From an uncultured Bacilli bacterium (GTDB lineage Bacteria > Bacillota_I > Bacilli_A > RFN20 > CAG-826): DNA of 64,000 nt. The notes under the pieces are model-generated. The model was not told the origin of the DNA. It searched no databases and saw only the letters and a program-made list of their open reading frames with translations. The position numbers and the translations under genes were made by a program. Each line of letters begins with the position of its first letter. The stretch's first letter is position 1. Below, piece by piece: positions 22,797-32,975 of the stretch. The stretch spans positions 4,362 to 68,361 of the forward strand of contig CALVXK010000007.1 of the NCBI GenBank assembly GCA_944369075.1, in the 5' to 3' direction.

Positions 22797-24653
22797 CTAT
22801 TTATCCTCATCTTCTTTTAAGTTTTCTTTATAATACTTTGCTTGAAGATTAAACATCTTAAAATATTCTCCTTCTTGCTTCATTAATTCTTCATGACTTC
22901 CTTTTTCAATAATCTTTCCATTTTCTAAAAAGTATATTTCATCACAAAATCTAGTAGAAGAAAGTCTATGCGAAATAAAAATAGATGTTTTATCTTTGAC
23001 TAATTCATTATATTTAGAGTAAAGTTCGCCTTCTGCAATAGGATCTAAAGCTGATGTTGGTTCATCTAAAATTAAGAAGTAAGAAGTTTTATATAAAGCT
23101 CTAGCTAAAAACATCTTTTGAAGTTCTCCACCACTAAGATTAATTCCATCCCTAGAAAAATTTTGAGTAATAAAAGTATTTTCTTTATCTTTTAAAGAAT
23201 TTATTCTTTCTTTAATTCCTGCTTCTTCTATTACTTTATTAAATCTAGTTTCATCATAAGGATAAGAACAAATAATATTATCTTTAATGGTAAAGGCTAA
23301 AGGATAAATATCTTGGTTAATAATTGAAACTCTAGAATAATATTCATCAATATTTAAATATTTAATGTTTACTCCATTAACTAATATCTCTCCTTCACTA
23401 GGATAATATAATCCCGTTAATAGTTTAGCTAAAGTAGTTTTTCCAGCTCCATTTATACCTACTAAAGCAATTTTTTCTCCACTATTTATTTTTAAAGAGA
23501 AATCTTTAAAAATATATTTATCACTTCCTTCATATTTAAAAGAGATATTTTTAATATCTATTTCAAATGGTTTCTTAATTGTATTTATATCAATGCATTT
23601 TTTATTTTTATTACTACCATGATTAAAGATATTATTGATATCAAAGAATTCTCTAAAATATTTAACTTCTAAAGAGCATAATATATTTTCATCTAAATAA
23701 AGAGATATTTGATCTAAATAAGAATTAAATGCTGTAATTGATGAAAATAAAGCTACAAATTCACTTATTGATATTAAATTATTTATTGCTTGATAAATTA
23801 AGAAAGCATAAGCAATTAAATCTCTAATTAAGGCTCCTAAAGTAAGTTCAAAAGAAGGAATAAACCATAAGAAATTAAGTCTAATTAAATGCTTTCTTAA
23901 TTCTTTATGATAAGTAGAAAGTAAAGAAATAAACTTAGAAGATAAAGAATAATTTCTAATATCTTTAGCCATTACTTCATTTTCACTAGCATTCGAAAAA
24001 TATCTTATTTTATTATTAACTTTCGATATATCATCTTCTATCTTGGTATGTTTTTTACTTACAAAGATAATAAGAATAAAGTTAATAATAAAAACTACTA
24101 AAACAATAATTAATACATAATATGAAATAAAGATAGTAGATATACCAAAAATTAAAAAACCTAATATAGCAATAATTAATAAAGGTAATTTTCGATATAA
24201 TCCTTCTAATCCTCTAAGATTAGAGGAAACTCCATATTCCGCTTTAGCTAAAGCATCTTTAACTTTACTTGATTCATATAATTCATAATCCATACTTAAA
24301 GCTTTTCTAGAAAGTTCTAGAAAAGGTATTGTTGCTCTAGTTAAAAGATATCCCATTGATAAAATTTCATTTAAATAATCTGTTGTTACTTTTATTACAA
24401 TAAAGATTAAAGCTAATGATAATATTAAAAGTAACATTGTATAGATATTAAAGTTATTCTCTATAAAATAAACAATTAAAGATGGAATATAGGTAGAAAT
24501 TAAAGTTACAAGTATAGAAAAGATAATAAAAAGAGGTATTAAAAAAATAAAACTTCTTTTAGTATTAAATAGAAGTTTATAAGAATAAACGATATTAGAG
24601 AAGAATCCATACTTCTTCTTTTTATTTGATCTTTTATCTTCTCTTTTTTCCAT
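22797..24653 (-). CDS. ABC exporter, fused permease/ATPase subunit 1
   Basis: N-terminal TMs; [26 protein letters not shown]. Confidence 0.9.
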   Translation of the reverse strand: MEKREDKRSNKKKKYGFFSNIVYSYKLLFNTKRSFIFLIPLFIIFSILVTLISTYIPSLIVYFIENNFNIYTMLLLILSLALIFIVIKVTTDYLNEILSMGYLLTRATIPFLELSRKALSMDYELYESSKVKDALAKAEYGVSSNLRGLEGLYRKLPLLIIAILGFLIFGISTIFISYYVLIIVLVVFIINFILIIFVSKKHTKIEDDISKVNNKIRYFSNASENEVMAKDIRNYSLSSKFISLLSTYHKELRKHLIRLNFLWFIPSFELTLGALIRDLIAYAFLIYQAINNLISISEFVALFSSITAFNSYLDQISLYLDENILCSLEVKYFREFFDINNIFNHGSNKNKKCIDINTIKKPFEIDIKNISFKYEGSDKYIFKDFSLKINSGEKIALVGINGAGKTTLAKLLTGLYYPSEGEILVNGVNIKYLNIDEYYSRVSIINQDIYPLAFTIKDNIICSYPYDETRFNKVIEEAGIKERINSLKDKENTFITQNFSRDGINLSGGELQKMFLARALYKTSYFLILDEPTSALDPIAEGELYSKYNELVKDKTSIFISHRLSSTRFCDEIYFLENGKIIEKGSHEELMKQEGEYFKMFNLQAKYYKENLKEDEDK

Positions 24654-24745
24654 AACAAGAAATACTATATCACTAAATTAAGATTTACCCTTAAAAACAT
24701 TGTTTACACTAACATAAATTTAATTTACATCACTTAAAATATATT

Positions 24746-25789
24746 TTAAAAATCTATTTTAGTCTTTAAAAATTGTTCAAATCTAGGTAAAGCAAATTCC
24801 ACATAACCATAAGATGAAGATAAAAGTAACCCTTCATTTATTAAATTATCTCTATATACGCTTATATACTTACTTGTTTTATCTAAATTATTTGCTAAAT
24901 CACTTAACTTTATTGGCTTATCAGATTTAATCATTTCAATAATTTTCTTACTCATTTCACTAAGTTCTGAATATACCTTCTCATAAACATGTGCTGACAA
25001 CTGTTCATCAAATTTAAAAAGAATATCTTCGTCAATTTCATTTTTATTTTCGCTATATAGATAATAACCTAAAACTTGATAAGCATAGGCATAACCTTTT
25101 GTTAACTTTGCAAATTGCAGTGCTTTTTCATAATCAACATTTAATAAAGAAGAATATTTATTAGCAATTGCTCCTATAGAAAGAGAGCCCATTTGAATTC
25201 TTGGGCAACGAAATAAAAAAGTGAGTTGACTTTCGTTTTGAAGTTTAGAAATATTCTTGTATAGGCCTGTCATTAATAATCTAACAGGATAATTTAAACT
25301 AATAAGAGTTGCATATCCTTCTACAAAATGTTTAATTTCTTTACTATTATCAACTTCATCAATTACTATTAGGACTTTTTTATTCTTTTTCTTTAGGTAT
25401 GAAAGCATTCTTTTTAAAAGGGACATAACGTTATTAACCTCTTCTTTCCCTTTTAAAGAAAAACTTAATCCATTAAAAGATATAGAAAATTCACTTTTTA
25501 AAAAAAGGTGTTTTAATTTTCCTTGATCATATATTTCGGATGCAACAGTTTCTAAGATATCTTTTTTAGGACCAATCGTTGCTACTATCCAATCATCTTT
25601 TTTCATTAATTTATTGGCTATTGCATACATAAAAACAGTCTTACCAGAACCTCTTATGCCTGTAATTAGATAAGCATAATTTGATGGTTTCTCACTTGCA
25701 AAATCATTTAAAATATGCTCTTTTTCTAAAATTCGATCAATGTAATTATCTGGTTCCATACCAAATGTCAAAGAAAATGGATTGCTCAT
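24746..25789 (-). CDS. AAA-type ATPase with C-terminal winged helix
   Basis: 'NPFSLTFG', GIRGSGKT Walker A, 'VIDEV' Walker B, 'VYRDNLINEG...FALPRF'. Confidence 0.82.
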   Translation of the reverse strand: MSNPFSLTFGMEPDNYIDRILEKEHILNDFASEKPSNYAYLITGIRGSGKTVFMYAIANKLMKKDDWIVATIGPKKDILETVASEIYDQGKLKHLFLKSEFSISFNGLSFSLKGKEEVNNVMSLLKRMLSYLKKKNKKVLIVIDEVDNSKEIKHFVEGYATLISLNYPVRLLMTGLYKNISKLQNESQLTFLFRCPRIQMGSLSIGAIANKYSSLLNVDYEKALQFAKLTKGYAYAYQVLGYYLYSENKNEIDEDILFKFDEQLSAHVYEKVYSELSEMSKKIIEMIKSDKPIKLSDLANNLDKTSKYISVYRDNLINEGLLLSSSYGYVEFALPRFEQFLKTKIDF

Positions 25790-25811
25790 GTGTTTACTCC
25801 TGTTTTTTATA

Positions 25812-25898
25812 TTTTAGAACTTTTTAGAGCTTTTGAAAAGCATTAGAACTTATTAGAACTTTTAAAAATTTTTAGAAGTTATTAGAACTAGAAGCAAT
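25812..25898. repeat. Three imperfect 29-bp tandem repeats, each with two TAGAACT-like cores
   Basis: Cores at 25815, 25825, 25844, 25854, 25873, 25883. Confidence 0.8.
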
Positions 25899-25904
25899 TA
25901 TTTT

Positions 25905-25947
25905 CTATATATTCTTAATTTTTGTTTATAAAATTAAGAATATATAG
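25905..25947. repeat. Perfect 18-bp inverted repeat with 7-nt loop
   Basis: CTATATATTCTTAATTTT ... AAAATTAAGAATATATAG. Confidence 0.85.
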
Positions 25948-25953
25948 GAAAAC

Positions 25954-26515
25954 ATGTAAATTTAGAATTAAAAGAAAATAAGTTAGTAGACATAACTAGT
26001 AAAAAATATATTTGATACTGATCAAGAATTAACTAAAAAGAGTTTTAAAAAGATACTATATTTCTATTTATTTAAAATACCGGTTAAAGATGTATCTTCG
26101 TTATCAATATATTTTGATGAATATGGATGGAATAGATATAACTATAAAAAGTTATTAAGTTTAATGAAAGAAGCTTTTTAAATATTTTACCTAAAAGAAA
26201 AGCTAAAAATAAATCTAATAATATTTTGTTTTATCCTTTAAAATCATCTAATGATGTTGAAGGAGCATTAGATAACGTTAAAGAAGAAAATGCTGATGTT
26301 TATATTATTTTTAAATTAACTTCTACTTCTAAATTAGAATCAATATTTAGACATATTCGTAATTCTTTTGCTCATGGTAACTTCTATATTGATTCTAAAA
26401 GAAATTATCATTTAGAAGATTATTACCACGATAAATATACCTCTAAAATTCTACTTAATAAAAAACTTTACTTGCTTGGATTGACGTAATTACGAAAGGC
26501 TCTATAAACAATTAA
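25954..26515 (+). pseudogene. Frameshifted HEPN-domain (RxxxxH) putative RNase
   Basis: 'IFRHIRNSFAHGNF'; coding-like fragments in other frames upstream ('IFDTDQELTKKSFKKILYFYLFKIPVK...') and downstream ('KTLLAWIDVITK'); breaks at homopolymer runs. Confidence 0.65.
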
Positions 26516-26526
26516 ACATTAAATTG

Positions 26527-26561
26527 AAAAATGTAGGCAACAACAGATTGCCTACATTTTT
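26527..26561. terminator. Bidirectional intrinsic terminator at the end of the opp operon
   Basis: AAAAATGTAGGCAA / TTGCCTACATTTTT. Confidence 0.8.
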
Positions 26562-26563
26562 AT

Positions 26564-27964
26564 TTATTCGTTCTCTTTATGTTCATTTTCTAAATCGAGC
26601 TGTTTTATCTCCTCTTTATATTTTTCGACTTCTGGTGAATTAGCCAAAATAAAGTGACCTGGTAAAATTTCAACAAATTTTGGTTTTTCAACACTATAAT
26701 CATGAGATTCAGCAGGATTATAAACTATTCTCACCCTGTTTTTCTCTGTAAGAGGATTTGGTTTTGGAATTGCAGAAAGTAAAGATTTAGTATATGGATG
26801 GAGAGGATGCTTAAAGAGTTCGTCACTAGTTGCAAGTTCAACTATTTCTCCAAAATACATAACAGCAATTTTATCGCAGAAATATTTAACGACAGAAAGG
26901 TCGTGTGCAATAAATAACATTGAAAGACCCATTTCCTCTTTCAAGTCATTCAAAAGATTAATAATTTGAGCTCTAATAGAAACATCAAGAGCAGAAATAG
27001 GTTCGTCGCAAATTAGGAATTTTGGATTCATAACTAACGCTCTAGCAATGCCGATTCTCTGTCTTTGACCACCCGAGAATTCGTGAGGATAACGATTAGC
27101 GTAATCTTCAATAAGACCAACTTTTTCTAATGCCGCAACAACTTTTTTATGATTTTCAGCTTTATTTCTTTGTCCTTGAATCTGTAAACCTTCAGAGATA
27201 ATTGATTCAACAGTCATTCTTGGATCTAAAGAATCGATAGGGTCTTGGAAAATCATTTGAATTTCACTCATTAAATTACGATCTACATGACTTTGATCAT
27301 ACTTAATTTGTTTTATTTTAGCATTTTGAATCTTTATAACATTCTCGGCATATTCTTTAGCTTCATGACATTCTTTTTCGTATTGTTCTTGTGTTATTTC
27401 TTGCTTATTAAGAGCATTTTTTAACTCTTTAAGTTTCTTGTTTAAACGAATTTTTGTATATTTAATTTCTTTTTCGTTCCATCTAGAACCTGCTCCAATA
27501 CGATAACCCTTATAATAAATCGAGCCAGATGTAATGTCATATAATCTAATAATGGATCTACCTGTTGTAGTTTTACCACAACCAGATTCGCCAACTAATC
27601 CAAAACATTCGCCTTCGTGTATTTGAAAAGAAACATCATGAACGGCTTTAAGTTTATATCTATTTGGTCCTTTTCCAAAAAAGAAATATTGCTTTAGATG
27701 ATTAACGCTTAATAGTATCTTGCTATCGACATATTCTTGTTTAAATTTACATTTATTTTTAATATTTTCTAAATGTTCTTCAACGTTTTTCGCATCTTTT
27801 AACTCATCTTTTGGAGGAAAAGAATGTTCATCGGAATCATCATCATTATCCTTTGAAATAACAACCTTCCCATCTAAAACATCTTGATAAACTGTTACAT
27901 CTTCAGATAAAACTTTTTTAGAGGCTTCAATTTGATCATTTTTAACATTTTTATTCTTTTCCAT
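26564..27964 (-). CDS. oppF: Oligopeptide ABC transporter ATPase OppF
   Basis: GESGCGKTT, 'RYPHEFSGGQRQRIGIARAL', 'HPYTKSLLSAIP'; about 70-aa insertion and an N-terminal extension. Confidence 0.9.
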   Translation of the reverse strand: MEKNKNVKNDQIEASKKVLSEDVTVYQDVLDGKVVISKDNDDDSDEHSFPPKDELKDAKNVEEHLENIKNKCKFKQEYVDSKILLSVNHLKQYFFFGKGPNRYKLKAVHDVSFQIHEGECFGLVGESGCGKTTTGRSIIRLYDITSGSIYYKGYRIGAGSRWNEKEIKYTKIRLNKKLKELKNALNKQEITQEQYEKECHEAKEYAENVIKIQNAKIKQIKYDQSHVDRNLMSEIQMIFQDPIDSLDPRMTVESIISEGLQIQGQRNKAENHKKVVAALEKVGLIEDYANRYPHEFSGGQRQRIGIARALVMNPKFLICDEPISALDVSIRAQIINLLNDLKEEMGLSMLFIAHDLSVVKYFCDKIAVMYFGEIVELATSDELFKHPLHPYTKSLLSAIPKPNPLTEKNRVRIVYNPAESHDYSVEKPKFVEILPGHFILANSPEVEKYKEEIKQLDLENEHKENE

Positions 27965-27966
27965 GA

Positions 27967-29913
27967 TTATTTTACCTCCTCGTTGTCTTGAAATTTAATC
28001 TCAGGATGTCCTTTTAAAGAATTTTCTATACGTGTTTTAACAATTTTTGGCATTTCTACTTTTGGAGCTCCTGGATAAAGTAACCAGGTTGCCGCATAAT
28101 GAGTATCGCTTACCTTAAAGAAAGGTGGCTCATATTTAAAATCAATAGCCAAAGCGTACTTACTTCTTAAAGCAAAAGCATCACCTTTTGGAGGGAACCT
28201 CATATCTGGTGGGGTTCCAGGAATAGCATCGAGTTTTTCCTTACTATCAACATCAGGTATGGAAGATAATAAAGCCCATGTATATGGATGTTTAGGATTA
28301 TAGAAAATTTCATCTACTTTACCATATTCAACAATTTTTCCAGCATACATAACTGCAACTCTATCAGCCATATTAGCAACAACACCAAGGTCATGTGTAA
28401 TGAAAATACAACTTAAGTTTCTCTCTTTTTTTAATTTATTAATAAGTTCAAGTATTTGAGCTTGGATAGTAACATCTAGAGCAGTTGTAGGTTCATCACA
28501 AATCAAAATATCAGGGTTAGCCGTTAAAGCAATTGCAATGACAATTCTTTGTCTCATTCCTCCAGAAAATTCAAATGGATATTGTTTAAATCTACGCTCT
28601 GGCATAGGAATTCCAACTTCTCTCATTACTTCAAGAGCCATCTTTTTTGCCTGAGCACGTGTAATTTTAGTTTTAGAAACGTATTCCTCTTTAACGGCTT
28701 CAATTTTATACTCAATTTTTTCTTTTTCTTTAAGCAACGAATCTAAAGTTTCGTTTCCGGTGGATTTAATTATATTGGTTTCAGATTTTGTCAATTTAGA
28801 TAAGTTTATATCTTTATTAATTTCTGCTTTCTTTTTAGCTTTGGCTAATCTTTTATAAGTTTCTAATAATTGTTCATAATTGTTTTTAATATCATCAGAA
28901 GCTTTTAAAATAAAACCACTAATCTTGTCATCAACTTCCTTTAACTCTGTTTCTAAAGTTGATAAGTCCAAATGATACTTATTATCTAAATCTGATTTAT
29001 AAATTTTAATTTTTTTCTTTGCAACTTTTTTTGATTCACTCAAAGCTTTTTTATAAGTTCCTTTAAGAGCAGTAAAGTATTCTTTTGATTGTTTTTTCTT
29101 ATTTTCGTAATAAGAAATTATTTCATCAAGAGTGACTAAAAAATCTGTGCTATCTCTCTTATTAGAGAGAAAATCGGTAGCTAAATCAATTTTTTTGCCA
29201 ATTAAAGAGATTTTCTTTTCTAAAATAGTTTTTCTCTCAAAAACATTTTCCGTTAATTCACTTAATTCTTTTTCATATTTAAGTAAATCGTTTTTATATT
29301 TGTTTAAATTATCATTAATGACTCTATATTCAGTAGAAATAAAATCATGAATTTGATTTGCTAAATCTTTTTTACTTTCATCATCAAGTTTTTTATCATT
29401 AAACTTTTTAATTAAGTTTTTAGCGTTAGTAATAATTTCTCTATAAAAAGATTGTTCGTAAACCTTATTTGCATTAGCGTTACGATATTGAATCAATTCT
29501 CTTAAGAAATATTCACTATAAGTTCTCTTAATGATATTTCTATTAATTAAGGTAGCTTCAGTTATTTGTTTACCAACTTTCATGATTGGGTTTAAGGAAG
29601 AAAGTGGATCTTGGAAAATCATTCCAATTTTATGCCCTCTAATTCTATGGAACTCTTCCTCGGAAACTCTGACCAAATCTTCGCCTTCATACAAAATTTG
29701 TCCACTCTCAATAATAGCATTATTGGCAGAAATACCCATAATTGCTTTGTTAGTAACAGATTTTCCTGAACCAGATTCTCCGACAATACAAAGTGTTTCG
29801 CCTTTATAAAGATCAAACGAAACACCTCTAACTGCATGGACTAAACCAGAGTCAGTTCTAAAACTAATTTTTAAGTTTTTTACGCTTAAAATCTTTTCTC
29901 TATTTTCATTCAT
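27967..29913 (-). CDS. oppD: Oligopeptide ABC transporter ATPase OppD with about 290-aa coiled-coil insertion
   Basis: GESGSGKS, 'QYPFEFSGGMRQR', 'HPYTWALLSS', 'PPKGDAFA'; start moved to MNENR. Confidence 0.9.
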   Translation of the reverse strand: MNENREKILSVKNLKISFRTDSGLVHAVRGVSFDLYKGETLCIVGESGSGKSVTNKAIMGISANNAIIESGQILYEGEDLVRVSEEEFHRIRGHKIGMIFQDPLSSLNPIMKVGKQITEATLINRNIIKRTYSEYFLRELIQYRNANANKVYEQSFYREIITNAKNLIKKFNDKKLDDESKKDLANQIHDFISTEYRVINDNLNKYKNDLLKYEKELSELTENVFERKTILEKKISLIGKKIDLATDFLSNKRDSTDFLVTLDEIISYYENKKKQSKEYFTALKGTYKKALSESKKVAKKKIKIYKSDLDNKYHLDLSTLETELKEVDDKISGFILKASDDIKNNYEQLLETYKRLAKAKKKAEINKDINLSKLTKSETNIIKSTGNETLDSLLKEKEKIEYKIEAVKEEYVSKTKITRAQAKKMALEVMREVGIPMPERRFKQYPFEFSGGMRQRIVIAIALTANPDILICDEPTTALDVTIQAQILELINKLKKERNLSCIFITHDLGVVANMADRVAVMYAGKIVEYGKVDEIFYNPKHPYTWALLSSIPDVDSKEKLDAIPGTPPDMRFPPKGDAFALRSKYALAIDFKYEPPFFKVSDTHYAATWLLYPGAPKVEMPKIVKTRIENSLKGHPEIKFQDNEEVK

Positions 29914-29914
29914 A

Positions 29915-31849
29915 CTAATCACTCCCTTTCAATGATGGATTAAATGCATCACGTAGTCCATTACCAAAAAGGTTGAAACTAATCATCATCAACGCAACAA
30001 TAACTGAAGGCCAAATAATTAAATAAGGATAAGAGTTAATAAATTGTTGATTTTCAGATAAGGTAACACCTAATGAAGGTAGACCTTGTAATCCTAAATT
30101 TAAATAGGAAATAGTAGCTTCATTAAAGATAACACTTGGAATAATTAATACGCAACTTGTAACTAATGTACCAATAGAATTAGGTAAAATATGTTTAAAA
30201 ATTAACCTAAAATCTGATGCACCTAGGGTTCTTGCAGCTAAGACGTATTCCCTACCTTTGAATCTATAGAATTGTGATCTTGTTAATGAAGAAACGCCAA
30301 TCCAGCCAGTAAGACACAAAGCAAGAATGAATGTACCAAAGTTATTACCTAAATGCAAAATACATAAAGTCATTATAACAATCCATGGGATTCCGGATAG
30401 AATATCTGTGAATCTTTCCATAACAATATCAATATTTCCACCAAAATATCCAGAAATTGAACCCCAGATGATACCAAAAGTAATACATACAGCAGCTGTA
30501 CCAAAGCCAAGGAGTAATGATGTTCTAAGACCAGCGAAGATAGAATGAAGCAAATCTTTACCATATTTATCGGTTCCAAGTAGATAAATTGGCATTTCAT
30601 CATAACCAAGGTAACGATATTTTAAAACTTCGCAATTTAAAGAAACTGTGCCAAGTCTAGAATCATATGTTTGAGAGTAGACTTTAGTAATTGGACATTT
30701 GTTCTCATCTAAAATCTTAAACGATTCAACACCAACGTTTACATCATAACTCATCCAACCATTTTGGATATAGTTATTTAAAGTATTTTGCGAAATTATT
30801 TGGTTAACGTGACCAAATTTAGCAACATAAGTATCGTAAACGAAATTACATCTCACTAAAGTTGATTTGTAAACGCCTTTATTTCCTGTAGAAGTCCAAT
30901 AACCAATGTTATCAACGCCATTAGTACTTCTAGCTGTTCTAACCATTTTATTAGCATCATCAAAGAATACTTCATCTAAAGTTGCTTGTTCTTCTGAATT
31001 TGATGACTCAACGGTGCATTCTTTAACCAAAAGTTGAGAAACTATACCGCTTTCATAATCAAGATTAAAAGATACTGAGCAATTGGAATATGCTTTTTCT
31101 TCTAATCCAGCAGCGATAGCTAAATCAGTTAAATTTACATCAAGATCAGAATAATCGTTAGAAAAATCTCTAATTAAAAAATCTTTTTGTTCTTCACCAT
31201 CTAAATACGAGAATGTTACCGAGTAACCCCCTAACATTGTAGTTGTTGAAGTAGGCTCTTTGCCAAATTCAACATGTAACGAATAATCATTTTCAAAATT
31301 AAACTCGATAGGGTAAGATTTCATGCTTGTAGTTGATGTAGTTGAAACTGAATTATAAAAATTGACATATCCGCCATAAGCATAGTCATTTACAGTGTTA
31401 ATTTCAGTTTCCATCAATTCAAGAGTATCATCCAATACAGCTTCTTTTGAGAATCCACCAGGAGTTTCATTTACTGTATCATAAGCAATTTTAAAATCAG
31501 TATATTTCTTTGTCCCATCCCGAAAGCCAGTTCCAGAAGGAAAAAGTTTAGGCTCCAAAAATTGCTCATCTAAGTGTGGTGAATCAATATCGCTAGGTAA
31601 AGCAACAGGCAAAATAATTGCACCTAATAACAAAATACCGAGGATAATACCACCAGCAACAGAAGACTTATTTTTTCTAAATCTTCTAAAAGCATCTTTT
31701 AAAAATGTAGTAGGCTTACTTTTAAATTTTACATCGTGAATTCTTGCGCCTTTATTTACAATTTCAAAATCTTCTTTCGAAATTTCAATTTGTTGATCAT
31801 TGTTATTTGAATCGACATATTCAAATAATTCTTTTTTATTATCACTCAT
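29915..31849 (-). CDS. oppC: Oligopeptide ABC permease OppC with large extracellular insertion
   Basis: 'DAFRRFRKNK', 'LGTDKYGKD', 'EYVLAARTLGA', 'GNGLRDAFNP'; start moved to MSDNK. Confidence 0.88.
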   Translation of the reverse strand: MSDNKKELFEYVDSNNNDQQIEISKEDFEIVNKGARIHDVKFKSKPTTFLKDAFRRFRKNKSSVAGGIILGILLLGAIILPVALPSDIDSPHLDEQFLEPKLFPSGTGFRDGTKKYTDFKIAYDTVNETPGGFSKEAVLDDTLELMETEINTVNDYAYGGYVNFYNSVSTTSTTSMKSYPIEFNFENDYSLHVEFGKEPTSTTTMLGGYSVTFSYLDGEEQKDFLIRDFSNDYSDLDVNLTDLAIAAGLEEKAYSNCSVSFNLDYESGIVSQLLVKECTVESSNSEEQATLDEVFFDDANKMVRTARSTNGVDNIGYWTSTGNKGVYKSTLVRCNFVYDTYVAKFGHVNQIISQNTLNNYIQNGWMSYDVNVGVESFKILDENKCPITKVYSQTYDSRLGTVSLNCEVLKYRYLGYDEMPIYLLGTDKYGKDLLHSIFAGLRTSLLLGFGTAAVCITFGIIWGSISGYFGGNIDIVMERFTDILSGIPWIVIMTLCILHLGNNFGTFILALCLTGWIGVSSLTRSQFYRFKGREYVLAARTLGASDFRLIFKHILPNSIGTLVTSCVLIIPSVIFNEATISYLNLGLQGLPSLGVTLSENQQFINSYPYLIIWPSVIVALMMISFNLFGNGLRDAFNPSLKGSD

Positions 31850-31850
31850 A

Positions 31851-32888
31851 TTATTTCTTAGCCCCCATTCTAATACGTGGGTCGACAATTCCATAACTTA
31901 AATCAACTAATAAGTTAGCTGCTAAGCCAATAAGGGTGAAAATTGCCATATCGACCATTAAAACATTATAATCTTTAGCGGTAAGAGCATCAGTAAACAA
32001 TCTACCGATACCAGGGATACCGTAAAGATTTTCTAGAATCATTGAACCAGATAAAATACCAATAAATTGTCCAATAATCATAGGAACAATAGGCACCATA
32101 CTATTTCTTAAAGCATGTCTAATAACACATTGTGTCCTTGTTAAGCCTTTTGTTCTAGCTAAAAGTAAGAAGTCGCTTGACATGATTTCGCATAATTCAG
32201 CTCTAGTATAACGAGTAAAACTTGCGATTGTTCCAAATGACAAGGCACAGACTGGAATAATAAATGCTTTGGCAATTTCACCTGAAGTTGCAGTACTAGA
32301 TGGCCGTTGAGATGGAAGCCAACCGGTACTATAAGCAAAAATTAAAAGTAAAAATGTTATAACAATGAAACTAGGAATAGAAATCATAATCATAACTAAA
32401 GTTGATATCACGTGATCTGTAAGTTTATTTTTCTTTAAAGCAGCTATGATACCAAATAAAAATCCAAGTGGAACAGCAATTACAATACTTATAACATTAA
32501 GTTCCATTGTAACTGGCAATCTCTCCCCAATAATTGCAATTGCACTTGAATTTACACTAATGGAAGTTGAAGTACCCCAGTCCCATCTAGTTAAGACATT
32601 TACAAGAAAATTCCAATATTGTTGCATGATAGGAACTTTATAAAAATAATGGACTACATTTAATGCATCGGTATAAGAATAAAGGTAGTCACCTAAATCT
32701 GGCCTCAATGAGGTCATATCATATACATATCCTAAACTAACTTGATCAAAATAATAAGCTTGAACTTGTGCTGGGAATCCTGCAGGCGGAGTATCAGGAA
32801 GCATTTTCATTAAAATGAATGTTAAACTTAAAATGATGAAGGCTGTAAAGAATATCAAAACTACTCTTTTAAGAAAATAGCTCTTCAT
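31851..32888 (-). CDS. oppB: Oligopeptide ABC permease OppB
   Basis: 'DWGTS', 'RYTRAEL', 'ARTKGL', 'HALRNS', 'DLSYGIVDPRIR'. Confidence 0.92.
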   Translation of the reverse strand: MKSYFLKRVVLIFFTAFIILSLTFILMKMLPDTPPAGFPAQVQAYYFDQVSLGYVYDMTSLRPDLGDYLYSYTDALNVVHYFYKVPIMQQYWNFLVNVLTRWDWGTSTSISVNSSAIAIIGERLPVTMELNVISIVIAVPLGFLFGIIAALKKNKLTDHVISTLVMIMISIPSFIVITFLLLIFAYSTGWLPSQRPSSTATSGEIAKAFIIPVCALSFGTIASFTRYTRAELCEIMSSDFLLLARTKGLTRTQCVIRHALRNSMVPIVPMIIGQFIGILSGSMILENLYGIPGIGRLFTDALTAKDYNVLMVDMAIFTLIGLAANLLVDLSYGIVDPRIRMGAKK

Positions 32889-32923
32889 TATATTTTATCC
32901 TCCTTTTCAATTTATTATAGACA

Positions 32924-32955
32924 TAAAGAAAGTGCCATTGCTAGCACTTTCTTTA
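32924..32955 (-). terminator. Hairpin between oppA and oppB (partial terminator or mRNA stabiliser)
   Basis: TAAAGAAAGTGC / GCACTTTCTTTA. Confidence 0.7.
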
Positions 32956-32975
32956 ATCAAATCATAAATATAAAT

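Noticed and set aside
25812-25898. CRISPR array (also considered for 55950-55982)
   Set aside because: Repeats are contiguous with no unique spacers, and there are no cas genes.
30206-30253. AGG->Met reassignment, known from some uncultured Bacilli
   Set aside because: AGG sits at conserved Arg sites in OppC (GASDF[AGG]LIFKH at 30206-30208; FKG[AGG]EY at 30251-30253).
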